Below, one piece after another: positions 20,166 to 29,178 of a DNA stretch of 64,000 nucleotides. Source of the DNA: Myxococcota bacterium (lineage in GTDB: Bacteria > Myxococcota > UBA4151); the NCBI GenBank assembly GCA_036338695.1, contig JAYZBQ010000076.1, forward strand, positions 32,001-96,000. Direction: 5' to 3'. Within the stretch, counting starts at the first letter, position 1, and each line of letters begins with the position of its first letter. The notes beneath the pieces were generated by a model. It had not been told where the DNA came from and made no database searches. It saw only the letters and a list, made by a program, of their open reading frames with translations. Position numbers and translations under genes: made by a program.

Positions 20166-20545
20166 AACGGCGAGGGCTCGGTAGCGAATCCCAGCTCGAT
20201 CTCTGGGGCGTCGGCCCAGAGCGACTCAAGGTCGTAATACATCCGCGCGGGGCGGTAGAAGACATGGACCACGACGTCACCATGGTCGAGCAGCACCCAG
20301 TTTCCGCTCTCGCCACCTTCATGGCCGACGAGCGAGAGCCCCAGCTCGCTGGCTTTGCCGCTGATTCGATCGGCGATCGCTCGAACCTGACGGTCGGAGG
20401 CTCCGGATACGAACAGCATGGCGTCTGTGTATGCGCAGCGACCGCGTAAATCGAGGAGGCGAATCGACTCTCCTTTGACGTCATCCGCTGCGCGCGCAAG
20501 CGCTCGACCCAGTTCGATCAGCTCGTCAGTTGTGGTCTCGCTCAA
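20162..20545 (-). CDS. rsfS: Ribosome silencing factor
   Basis: Motif WVLLD.GDVVVHVF...R.YYDLE.LW. Confidence 0.95.
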   Translation of the reverse strand: MSETTTDELIELGRALARAADDVKGESIRLLDLRGRCAYTDAMLFVSGASDRQVRAIADRISGKASELGLSLVGHEGGESGNWVLLDHGDVVVHVFYRPARMYYDLESLWADAPEIELGFATEPSPF

Positions 20546-20595
20546 TTCAACCCCTCATCCTTGGGCGCTTACTGCCTGAGCCAAGTCGGTGCTGT

Positions 20596-21597
20596 CTACT
20601 TGAGTTTCGGATTCTTGAGCCCTGCGTCGGGGCGCTCGAGGACTTTGATCCCTCGGTCTTTAAGGTACGAGGTGCCCGGTCGATCGCGCCGGCTGCGACG
20701 CAGTGTTTTCAAAAACTCTTCGGGTGCGTTGATCGTCGGCGCGCTCGAGATGCTCACGTAGCCCGCGTTGACGCTCAGTTTCAGCTCGCCTTCACCGTCC
20801 TTCAGCGGGCGCGTCGCGCGTGCGGACATGCGAACGCTCAGTAAAACCCCGCTGCTTCGGTCCACGCAAAGCGTCCCATCAACCGAGTCGAGCACGAGGC
20901 TCGCTCGCCAGCCTTTGAGCTCCGAGAGCGCACCTTTGAGCGAGCTGGACTCAAAGGCAGCGGGCGCCGCCGCCTTGCGCAGCGCAAAACAGGCAGCGGT
21001 GCGACCAACGAGCGTCTTGTCGTCGGCTTTCTTGAGGGTGATCAGCCGACCGATGAGGTTCCAGCCGGTCCCGCCGAGCGCGTAAGCCTCATCAGCGTAG
21101 TGGAGCCGTTTTGCCTCGAGATCCTTACTCGCCACGTAGTTTCCATTCTGGTACTTTCGGTAAAGCCGACCGTTCGAGTAGACGATGCGCTGGAAGAACC
21201 CACCGTCGTTACTCACCGAGACGTCCAGCGATCCGGTGCCGGACTGTGAGCGGATCTCCGCCTCTTCGTCGATGCCGAGTTGTTTGCCGTCGACTTTACC
21301 GTAGCTCAGCGTCGCCTGACCTTGCCAGACGTGATGGTCGGCCAGCCGCAGCTGCGCCTCACGCCAGGACATCTCCCAGACCCGGCTCAGAGCTTTGCGG
21401 TCGCTCGCGAGCGCATCGACGTCGATGCGCTCATTCGCCGCCAAGCGAGCGGGGCTCGCTTCGACGCGTGCGCCCACTCGCGCCTTGGCTTCCGCTTTGA
21501 CCCGAGCGCGCTCGCCGTCACACGAACAACCGGACGAGACCAGCGTCAGCAGCGAGAGCGCGCTAATCGCCCTCGGTAAGCTGATCGAGTATGGCAT
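20596..21597 (-). CDS. Hypothetical lipoprotein
   Basis: Lipobox LVSSG-C-S-C; beta-rich body. Confidence 0.65.
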   Translation of the reverse strand: MPYSISLPRAISALSLLTLVSSGCSCDGERARVKAEAKARVGARVEASPARLAANERIDVDALASDRKALSRVWEMSWREAQLRLADHHVWQGQATLSYGKVDGKQLGIDEEAEIRSQSGTGSLDVSVSNDGGFFQRIVYSNGRLYRKYQNGNYVASKDLEAKRLHYADEAYALGGTGWNLIGRLITLKKADDKTLVGRTAACFALRKAAAPAAFESSSLKGALSELKGWRASLVLDSVDGTLCVDRSSGVLLSVRMSARATRPLKDGEGELKLSVNAGYVSISSAPTINAPEEFLKTLRRSRRDRPGTSYLKDRGIKVLERPDAGLKNPKLK

Positions 21598-22330
21598 TTC
21601 GTTCCTCCGCCGCCTCTTTGTGACCCTCGACCGCACCCCGCACCTTCTGGATCACCTCATAGGGCGCTTTCAGGGGAGAGGCGACGTTGTCACCGGCCGC
21701 CTTTTGAACCTGTTTGATCGGTTTGACCAGGCTTTCGGTCGCCACCTTCACCTTGGCGCCCACGGGGGTGTCACCATACTCTTCTGAGACGAACATCAAG
21801 AGCGCCATCACGCCACAAGCAAAGGCGAGTATCTTAAGAAACCCTTGAAGCACGCGCAGCGCAAACACGATAAAGATGATGCCGATCGCGAGCAGCATCC
21901 AACCGGGTGAGCCAGTGGGGGGCGCAAAGGGCTGATCTGGTGTTGGGCGGCTTGATGGGCTCGCCGGCTTTCGTTTGCTGCGCTTGCCAGTCGCTCCGAG
22001 CTCCGCTTCGTCGTCCTCTTCCTCTGCTAAAAGCTCCTCGAGAAGCCGCTGGCTGGACTTTTTCTTCGATTTTTTTTGGCCGCGGCCGCGGGCTTTGAGC
22101 TCCTCGAGGCGCTGGCGATCCTGGGCGCCCGAGCCGGTGTTCTCTTCGAGCTCACCGAGCACCTGACCATCATCGTCAAGGATCTGAACGTTACGGCGAA
22201 AACGCGGCGGAACCAGCTCGGCGTCGCTCACGATGTGCTGGTTTCCTTGGTTGTCGGTGTATTGAAAAAGTGCACCAAATAACTGAAAACTCGACGAAAA
22301 TGCTAAGCTGAAGATGGCGGCAACCCACAT
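21563..22330 (-). CDS. DUF4124-domain membrane protein
   Basis: Signal peptide, LFQYTDNQGNQHIVSD..VPPRFR, charged linker, two transmembrane helices. Confidence 0.7.
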   Translation of the reverse strand: MWVAAIFSLAFSSSFQLFGALFQYTDNQGNQHIVSDAELVPPRFRRNVQILDDDGQVLGELEENTGSGAQDRQRLEELKARGRGQKKSKKKSSQRLLEELLAEEEDDEAELGATGKRSKRKPASPSSRPTPDQPFAPPTGSPGWMLLAIGIIFIVFALRVLQGFLKILAFACGVMALLMFVSEEYGDTPVGAKVKVATESLVKPIKQVQKAAGDNVASPLKAPYEVIQKVRGAVEGHKEAAEERNAILDQLTEGD

Positions 22331-22518
22331 GGTGGAACTCTCTCCTCACGCGCCGGGTATCTCGCGTTCGCATCCAAAACATCAAGCAGCTTGAGCGAGG
22401 TGAGCGGATCTGCGGGCGCGAGCGCGGCGCGGGCTGGTCGTACTCAAAAAGGTGAACATCCCTTTGAGTACGCGGGATGTGGCCGCGTTCGACCTCATGG
22501 GTTTTGCCCGAATTGGGG

Positions 22519-22547
22519 TTGCACGGCCGGCCGGGCTTGCCTACGGT
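22519..22547 (+). promoter_or_regulatory. Putative sigma70 promoter of the HU gene
   Basis: TTGCAC-N17-TACGGT. Confidence 0.4.
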
Positions 22548-22614
22548 CCGGACCACTTCAATCCCGTGTCCCGCTGGGGGGCACATTAACAGGCAAGCCC
22601 ATAAGGAGAAAATT

Positions 22615-22926
22615 GTGGCAACTGTGAACAAGAACACGCTCGCTGGTCGTCTGGCCGAGAAGACCAACCTCTCGCAGAAGGACGCTGGTCGCGTGCTCAA
22701 CGCCCTGTTCGGCGGCAAGCTGGACGGTAACGACAACAACGGCTTGATCGCCGACGCGCTGTCGAACAACGAGCAGATCTCGCTCCCCGGCTTCGGTCGC
22801 TTCTTCAGCCAGCACCGCAAGGCGCGCACGGGTCTCAACCCGCAGACCAAGCAAGCGATTGAAATTCCTGCACGCAACGTGCCGAAGTTCAGCGCTGGTA
22901 AGTCCCTCAAGGACGCCACGGCGTAA
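22615..22926 (+). CDS. hup: HU-family DNA-binding protein
   Basis: Motifs NK..L, PGFGRF, R.GLNPQT, PKFSAGKSLKD; SD AAGGAG at 22603. Confidence 0.93.
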   Translation: MATVNKNTLAGRLAEKTNLSQKDAGRVLNALFGGKLDGNDNNGLIADALSNNEQISLPGFGRFFSQHRKARTGLNPQTKQAIEIPARNVPKFSAGKSLKDATA

Positions 22927-22966
22927 GGTCTTTGCACCGAGAGACCGCCGCACAGTCGGCGGTTGG

Positions 22967-23000
22967 GAGGAGAGCGCCAAGTGCGCTCTTCTTTCTTTTT
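22967..23000 (+). terminator. Rho-independent terminator after HU
   Basis: Stem GAGAGCGC-caagt-GCGCTCTT followed by CTTTCTTTTT. Confidence 0.7.
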
Positions 23001-23041
23001 GCTCGCTGGTGTAGCGGGTGTTGCGAATCAGAGGAGGCGCC

Positions 23042-23749
23042 GTGGTCTTTGGATTGTTTGGTAGCAAAGTAGAGCGACTCAAAAAGGCTGTTCGACAACG
23101 CTATGGACAGCATGAGCCGCGCAAAGACGCGATGATGCGTCTGCTTCAGATGGCGGATCTCGAGGCGTACCGCGCCGTCCTGAGCCGCTTTACGGTCAAC
23201 TGTGACTCGCCACACTGGGATGAGAAGGAGAAGACCTGGCTCGCTGCGCGCTTGTTGGAGCGCCAGGGGGATGCGGCTCTTCTGCAAGCCCTGCAAGAGC
23301 TCTTGATGACCGGCGAGCGCCTCAACCAGGCGCTCGGAGTCGCCGAGCAGCTCATGAGCGCTGACGACTACCGAAGCTGGACCGAGCAGGCGTTCGAGCG
23401 ACGTCTCGGAGACCATCGGGCGGTCGATGCTTGCGTCGAGCTGGTCGGAGCGCTTGGGCGACTCGGTGGCGACGCAGCGCTCAAAGCCGGTCTCGCGGCC
23501 ATCGCTGACCGCACCGACGAGGTCATCTTGGAGGGCCTCAACGTTTTGGAGCGTTGCGAGGGCGAAGGGCTCGCCGCTGCGCTCTATGACCTCGCCCATG
23601 ATGAACTGCAGATGCCGCGTGTGGTGAGGCGTGCCGGTCAAGCGCTCGTGGTGCTAGGCCTTGAAGATCCCAAAGCGCGCACCGAACTGCCGGAAGCGCT
23701 GGCTGAAGATTTTGTCATAAAGGGTGGCCGGTTGGCCGCAAGAACGTAG
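23042..23749 (+). CDS. HEAT-repeat-like helical hypothetical protein
   Basis: SD GAGGAGG before GTG; ALG.LG-type helical repeats. Confidence 0.65.
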   Translation: MVFGLFGSKVERLKKAVRQRYGQHEPRKDAMMRLLQMADLEAYRAVLSRFTVNCDSPHWDEKEKTWLAARLLERQGDAALLQALQELLMTGERLNQALGVAEQLMSADDYRSWTEQAFERRLGDHRAVDACVELVGALGRLGGDAALKAGLAAIADRTDEVILEGLNVLERCEGEGLAAALYDLAHDELQMPRVVRRAGQALVVLGLEDPKARTELPEALAEDFVIKGGRLAART

Positions 23750-23841
23750 CTCATTTCGCACGATCGACCATTGACCCCGTCGGGGCCAGCGGGAATAAGA
23801 GTGCGTCTAAGAACAATGAGCCTTCGCGACGAGGATTGTCG

Positions 23842-25122
23842 ATGAGCCAACTGATGAAACAGTTTTCTATTTCCTTTCTTGTACTCGCTGCGGCGAGTTG
23901 CACCAGTGAACCGATCACGAAGAGCTGGGTATTTGTCTCGAAGGCGCCCTCGGTTTCGACGCCCCTCGTGACCCAAGACCGCATCTTCTTCGGATCCGAC
24001 GTTGGGTTGGACGCGATCAACCGTCTGGGCGGCTTCGTTTGGCGCCTTGATCGACAAGGCATGAACGTCGTGGGCGGTCCTGCTGCCTACGAAGACATCG
24101 TCTTGTTCGGGTCGACCAACTCGCAGTTTTACGCCGCATCTTATGATGGCCGGATGGTGTGGGAGTACACGGCGGGCGCGCGCATCAAGTCCGATGCGTT
24201 GACCGACGGAGACTCGGTCATCTTCTCGAGTTACGACGGGCATGTGTACAAGATGGCGGTCGAAGACAAAAAGATGCAGTGGATCTTCCCGAGCGAAGCG
24301 GCTGAGGAGCTTCCGGGCCCGCCGACTCATCCAAAGGTCAAAGCCTACATCGCCGCGATGGCTGACTACTCCAAGAAGGTGGCTGAATGCGCCGCTCAGG
24401 CTGAGGCAGCTCAGGCGGAAGGCAAGGCGCCTGAGCAGCCGTGCGAAACGGGTGACGAGCCGGCTGCACCTTCGTCAGAGCAGGGCGCTGAGTGGGAGTG
24501 GCCGCCAGCCGATTTTGCATACTCCTCGCCCATGCGTGTTGGGAACTTGATCATCTTGGGGAACATGGACTGGAACGTCTATGCGCTGAACGCCGACACG
24601 GGCGAGCTGGTCTGGCGCACACGTCTTAATGGGACCGTGACGTCGAGCGCAGTAGCGGGCGACGGCGTGATCTACATCGGCAGCAACGGACGACTCGGTG
24701 GCAAGAGCCCAGAGGACGGACGGCTCTACGCACTCGACGCTAAGACCGGGAAAATCCTTAACAACTTCCAGGCGAAGAACGAGGTTAACTCTTCGGTGCG
24801 CGTCAACGGTGACTCGTTGTACTTCGGTGACGTCGCCGGGAACATGTACTGTCTGGACGCCAAGACGCTCAAAGAGAAGTGGTCGTTCAAAACCAACGGG
24901 CCGATCCGAGGGCGCCCTGCGATCTACAAGAATCTCGTCTTTATTGGTTCGGGCGCTGGCGACAACCAAATGTACGCGTTACGTCAGGACGACGGGAAGG
25001 TGTTTTGGAAGTACAAGACGGGCGGTAAAATCGAATCGGATCCTGTGATCAGTGGTGATGAGCTGTTCTTCACGAGCCATGACCGCAGGTTGTACGCCTT
25101 CAAGATTCGAAAGACGCCCTGA
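23842..25122 (+). CDS. PQQ-like beta-propeller lipoprotein (BamB-like)
   Basis: Lipobox LAAAS-C; repeated YAL.A.TG...W blades. Confidence 0.85.
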   Translation: MSQLMKQFSISFLVLAAASCTSEPITKSWVFVSKAPSVSTPLVTQDRIFFGSDVGLDAINRLGGFVWRLDRQGMNVVGGPAAYEDIVLFGSTNSQFYAASYDGRMVWEYTAGARIKSDALTDGDSVIFSSYDGHVYKMAVEDKKMQWIFPSEAAEELPGPPTHPKVKAYIAAMADYSKKVAECAAQAEAAQAEGKAPEQPCETGDEPAAPSSEQGAEWEWPPADFAYSSPMRVGNLIILGNMDWNVYALNADTGELVWRTRLNGTVTSSAVAGDGVIYIGSNGRLGGKSPEDGRLYALDAKTGKILNNFQAKNEVNSSVRVNGDSLYFGDVAGNMYCLDAKTLKEKWSFKTNGPIRGRPAIYKNLVFIGSGAGDNQMYALRQDDGKVFWKYKTGGKIESDPVISGDELFFTSHDRRLYAFKIRKTP

Positions 25123-25181
25123 GACCAAAACGTTCGACCGTTTCGTCAAAGAATTCTGGTCGGTAAACGGAAAGCGTCCGC

Positions 25182-25940
25182 GTGGATATTGCGACAGTCC
25201 TAGGAGCCCTCGTAGCGTTTGGCTTGGTCGGTGGCTCGATCGCCATGGGCGGCGGCACGGCCTTTATCGACCCAGCCTCCGCGATGATCGTGATCGGCGG
25301 CACGACCGGCGCGATCATGCTCGCGACCTCGATGGAGAAGTTTCAGGCGCTGGGTAAGGTCTTTAGCAAGGCGCTGACGGTGACGCCGGTGCCGATGGTT
25401 GAGACCGCCACCAACATGGTCGAATATGCGCAGATTGCGCGCCGAGAGGGCATGTTGAGCCTGGAGCAGGCGCTGGCGAGCGCCGACCCGTTCATGGCGA
25501 ACGGGATCCAGCTCGCCATCGATGGGATCGCGCCAGATGTCGTCGAGGACATCATGTACATCGATCTAGACCGGATGAAGGCGCGCCATAAGGCGGGCAA
25601 TGAGCTCATGAGCCTTGGCGCCACCTTCGCACCGGCGATGGGTTTGATTGGTACGCTCATCGGTTTGGTTCAGATGCTCCAAAATATGTCGGATCCGAAC
25701 ACCATCGGTCCTGCGATGGCGGTGGCTTTGCTCACGACCTTTTATGGCGCATTGCTCGCCAACCTCGTCTTTGTTCCCATCTCGAGTAAGCTTAAGATGC
25801 GCTCGACCGCTGAGATCGAATACCGCGAGATGATGATGGAGGGCGTGATGGCGATCGCCAAAGGCGAGAGCCCGCGTATGGTTGAGAAGAAGCTCAACGC
25901 CATGTTGCCGCCTGATGATCGTCTGTCGCTCTTTGACTGA
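25182..25940 (+). CDS. motA: Flagellar stator A subunit (PomA/MotP-like)
   Basis: Motifs ARREG.L.LE, APAMGLIGTLIGL, AVALLTTFYG. Confidence 0.95.
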   Translation: MDIATVLGALVAFGLVGGSIAMGGGTAFIDPASAMIVIGGTTGAIMLATSMEKFQALGKVFSKALTVTPVPMVETATNMVEYAQIARREGMLSLEQALASADPFMANGIQLAIDGIAPDVVEDIMYIDLDRMKARHKAGNELMSLGATFAPAMGLIGTLIGLVQMLQNMSDPNTIGPAMAVALLTTFYGALLANLVFVPISSKLKMRSTAEIEYREMMMEGVMAIAKGESPRMVEKKLNAMLPPDDRLSLFD

Positions 25941-26635
25941 TGGGTAAACGCCGAGCTCCCGAACCCGAAGAGCCCGAAGCGGACGGCTTCGTCGTCATGA
26001 TGACCTCGCTCTCGATGATCATGTTGGCGTTTTTTATCGTGCTCAACACGATGGCGACCATTACCCAGGTCAAGGTCATGAAGGCGCTCGATTCGTTGTA
26101 TGGATCGTTCGGCCCACTCAGCGGCGGAAAGTCCGTTGAGCCCGGCCCCCTTTCGATCAAAGAGAACGTCACCGAAGAGAAAAAGCCGGACAAGGAGAAG
26201 GTCTATAAGTCGATGCTCCAGCGCGCCGACCTTGACCCCTCGATCGAACTGCTTGAGCGCGACGACAGCTTCACGGTCGCCCTCCAGGACGATGTGCTGT
26301 TTGAAACGGGGCTCAATCAGATCAGCCCACGCATGTTTTCGTCCCTCAACGCAGTGGCTCAGGTCATCAAAGAGGTGAACATGCCGGTACGGATTGTTGG
26401 CTACTCGGACGCAACGCCTGCCGTCGACGGTGAGACCAATTTGATGCTTAGCCTCAAGCGCGCCGTGTTGGTGAAGAACTATCTGATGTATGCTGGGCGT
26501 GTTCCGGCCGACCTGATGATCGTCGAAGGGCGAGGCGAGGAGCTCTCGCCGCACTTCTTGTCAAAAGCCGGCGATGAGATTGCGGTGAGCGATGATCGGC
26601 GGCGGCGCGTGGAGTTGGTGTGGGGGCTCGACTAG
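25940..26635 (+). CDS. motB: MotB-like protein 1; OmpA-like domain intact, transmembrane Asp absent
   Basis: TM FVVMMTSLSMIMLAFFIVL; VGYSD...N..LS.KRA; RRVEL. Confidence 0.8.
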   Translation: MGKRRAPEPEEPEADGFVVMMTSLSMIMLAFFIVLNTMATITQVKVMKALDSLYGSFGPLSGGKSVEPGPLSIKENVTEEKKPDKEKVYKSMLQRADLDPSIELLERDDSFTVALQDDVLFETGLNQISPRMFSSLNAVAQVIKEVNMPVRIVGYSDATPAVDGETNLMLSLKRAVLVKNYLMYAGRVPADLMIVEGRGEELSPHFLSKAGDEIAVSDDRRRRVELVWGLD

Positions 26636-26638
26636 TCC

Positions 26639-27373
26639 ATGGGTGATAAGAAGAAGGGCGGCGGCGGTGATGACGGACCTGGGATCGATCCGAACGGCTG
26701 GATGATCACCTTCTCTGACCTGCTCACCTTGATGCTCACGTTCTTTGTGCTCCTGTTCTCAATGAGCAGTCTCGATGCGAAGTCCCTGAAAGAGCTGACC
26801 GAGACGGAGGCGATGTCAGGCGGCGATGGTGTGCTCGAGATCGGTCAGCCCGAGAAGGTTCAGGCGGTGGACGCCAAGGACAAGCCAACCGTCACCCCTC
26901 GAAAGATGGCCTCTGTCGCCGAGGATGTGGCGCAATATTTGCGTATGGTTGGGCGTGGCGTCTCCGACGAGCGGCGACGTCTCTTGGAGCAGCGGATTCG
27001 TGAGCGCGGGAAGCAAGAGAAGGTTGAGGTGACCTTTTTGCCGAACGGTGTGCAGATCGCCTTTGAAGGGGACGATGAGTTGATGGCCCAAGGGCAGATC
27101 AGTCGCGGCGCACAGGATCAGCTCCGCGTCGTTGGTGACGCCGCTGTCGATTCGGGAGCGCGCGTGCGCGTGGAGACGGAGGCTCGTGGCGATGACCTCA
27201 ACGCCTGGATCGCTGCCACGGAGCGCGCCTCAGCCATCAGCGAGTTTATACGCCGTCATAGCGGTATTGCGAAGAAGCGAAATCGGTTAGGGGTTGCACC
27301 AAAGCCTGCTGATGGGAGCGGGCGACGCGTCCGCATGGTGCTTGAGATGCCGGACGCAAAGGAGGAGCGATGA
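26639..27373 (+). CDS. motB: MotB-like protein 2; transmembrane Asp present, OmpA-like domain degenerate
   Basis: TM WMITFSDLLTLMLTFFVLLFSMS; no GHTD-like motif. Confidence 0.85.
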   Translation: MGDKKKGGGGDDGPGIDPNGWMITFSDLLTLMLTFFVLLFSMSSLDAKSLKELTETEAMSGGDGVLEIGQPEKVQAVDAKDKPTVTPRKMASVAEDVAQYLRMVGRGVSDERRRLLEQRIRERGKQEKVEVTFLPNGVQIAFEGDDELMAQGQISRGAQDQLRVVGDAAVDSGARVRVETEARGDDLNAWIAATERASAISEFIRRHSGIAKKRNRLGVAPKPADGSGRRVRMVLEMPDAKEER

Positions 27374-27876
27374 GCGAAGAAGAGCTGGAACAGCAGCCGT
27401 CAGGTGGTGGGAACAACAAAATTATCCTCATTTTGGTGAGCGTCAATATCGTGGCGGTGCTCGGCGTGTTGGTCTACCTGATCACTTCGCAAGGCGCTGC
27501 CCCCGCCGCCGTTGTGGTGGGCGGTGAGGCGATCGCCAAGCCGGCGCAAGAAGAGCCGGGCGCAGGCCCGCCGTGGAAGATGGACCCGCTGATCGTCAAC
27601 CTGCGGGTGCCGGAGGGTACGCGCTACTTGAAGGTGGCGCTCGAGTTTGAGCTGACGGGCGAGAAGTTCAAAGAGCTCGCTGAGGATCGCAAGGGGCGGA
27701 TCAAGGATCAAGTGATCGAGTTCCTAAGCGATCTAACGGTCGACGATGTGGTCGGCAGTGACAACAAGCAATACATCAAAGAGCGGCTCCTGACCCGGCT
27801 GAACCACAGCCTCGAAGGCGAGGCGGGCGGTCCGGTGTTTCGGCGCGTCTTCTTCCCTGAGTTTCTGGTGCAGTAG
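27370..27876 (+). CDS. fliL: Flagellar basal body-associated protein FliL
   Basis: Single TM helix; motifs IVNL, RYLK, F.EFLVQ. Confidence 0.9.
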   Translation: MSEEELEQQPSGGGNNKIILILVSVNIVAVLGVLVYLITSQGAAPAAVVVGGEAIAKPAQEEPGAGPPWKMDPLIVNLRVPEGTRYLKVALEFELTGEKFKELAEDRKGRIKDQVIEFLSDLTVDDVVGSDNKQYIKERLLTRLNHSLEGEAGGPVFRRVFFPEFLVQ

Positions 27877-27885
27877 GCGTCCAAG

Positions 27886-28923
27886 GTGTCGGAGCAGATC
27901 CTCAGTCAGGACGAGGTCGAAGCCCTCCTCTCGGCGATTAAAAACGACGACGTTCAAGCCAGCGGTGGAACCGGTGAAGCCGGGCAGCCAGCTGATCGGC
28001 TCCGGCAAGACGCTGAAGCCATCGATCTGACGAGCGCCGACCGCACCGCTACGGTGCGCATGCCCAGTCTTGAGATCTTCAATGAGCGCACGGGGATGGC
28101 CTTCGGGCAGGTCTTAGAGAGCACGATCCGGCGCGCCGTGCGTGTCCATCATGACGGCACCGGCCCGATGAAGATGTCGGAGTTTTTGAACTATTTGCCC
28201 GTACCCTCATGCCTTAATCTGGTGCGCATCGAACCCTTGTGGGGTGTGTCGCTGCTCGCCGTTGAGGCGCGCTTGCTCTACGCCATGCTCGAAGGTTTTT
28301 TCGGCGGGCACGGCTCCGGGCAACTGCGCACAGAGGCGCATACGTTCACCTCGATCGAGCTGACCTTTGTCAAACGCGTGGTCGAGATTTTCGGCGACAA
28401 CCTGAGCAAAACCTGGTCGAGCTTTTTGCCCTTTGAGATGAGCTACATCCGGACGGAGTCCAACCCTCAGTACGCCTCGATCGTGCAAGCCAACGACCTG
28501 GTCATGGTGACGACCTACAACATCGAGTTGCCCTCCGTACGCGGGAAGGTGCACCTGGCCATCCCCTTCTCGGCGCTCGAGCCCTATAAAAAGGAGCTCG
28601 GCGCCGAACTTCAAGTCCAAGCCGATGATCGACAGAACGATTGGGCCCAAGCTTTGCAAGAGCAGTTGGGAGAGTTTGTCATCGAGCTTTCAGTGGAGTT
28701 AGGGCGCGCTCAGATGACGGTTCGAGAACTGCTGGCTTTGGAGCCTGGTGCCGTGCTGATGCTGGACCGGCCCGCTGAAGAGCCCCTGGTTCTGACCGTT
28801 GAAGGTCGCCCGAAGTATACGGGGCGCCCTGTCCTCCACCGAAAGCATGTCGGGTTCATGGTGGGTTCCGCTGTGGACGGGGAGGAAGAGCACGATGTCG
28901 GAGAAGACCCAAGAGGGGATTGA
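27886..28923 (+). CDS. fliM: Flagellar motor switch protein FliM
   Basis: LSQDEVEALL CheY-binding motif; C-terminal SpoA domain. Confidence 0.93.
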   Translation: MSEQILSQDEVEALLSAIKNDDVQASGGTGEAGQPADRLRQDAEAIDLTSADRTATVRMPSLEIFNERTGMAFGQVLESTIRRAVRVHHDGTGPMKMSEFLNYLPVPSCLNLVRIEPLWGVSLLAVEARLLYAMLEGFFGGHGSGQLRTEAHTFTSIELTFVKRVVEIFGDNLSKTWSSFLPFEMSYIRTESNPQYASIVQANDLVMVTTYNIELPSVRGKVHLAIPFSALEPYKKELGAELQVQADDRQNDWAQALQEQLGEFVIELSVELGRAQMTVRELLALEPGAVLMLDRPAEEPLVLTVEGRPKYTGRPVLHRKHVGFMVGSAVDGEEEHDVGEDPRGD

Positions 28924-29173
28924 TCTCATCCTGGATATCCCGCTGGAGATCAGCGTACGGCTCGGTCGGGCGAAGATGCCCATCCAAGAGTTGATGAGTC
29001 TAGCGCCCGGGTCGGTGATCGATCTGGACAAGCTGAGCGGCGAACCGCTCGATATTCTACTCAACGGGAAGCTGGTCGCACGCGGAGAAGCGGTCGTGGT
29101 CAATGATCGCTACGGCGTTCGGCTCGTCGAGATCATCTCGGCGACCGACCGCATCGCTGGCTTGGGAACGTAG
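28895..29173 (+). CDS. fliN: Flagellar motor switch protein FliN
   Basis: Motifs LILDIPLEISV.LG and GEAVVVNDRYGVR. Confidence 0.93.
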   Translation: MSEKTQEGIDLILDIPLEISVRLGRAKMPIQELMSLAPGSVIDLDKLSGEPLDILLNGKLVARGEAVVVNDRYGVRLVEIISATDRIAGLGT

Positions 29174-29178
29174 CGGTT

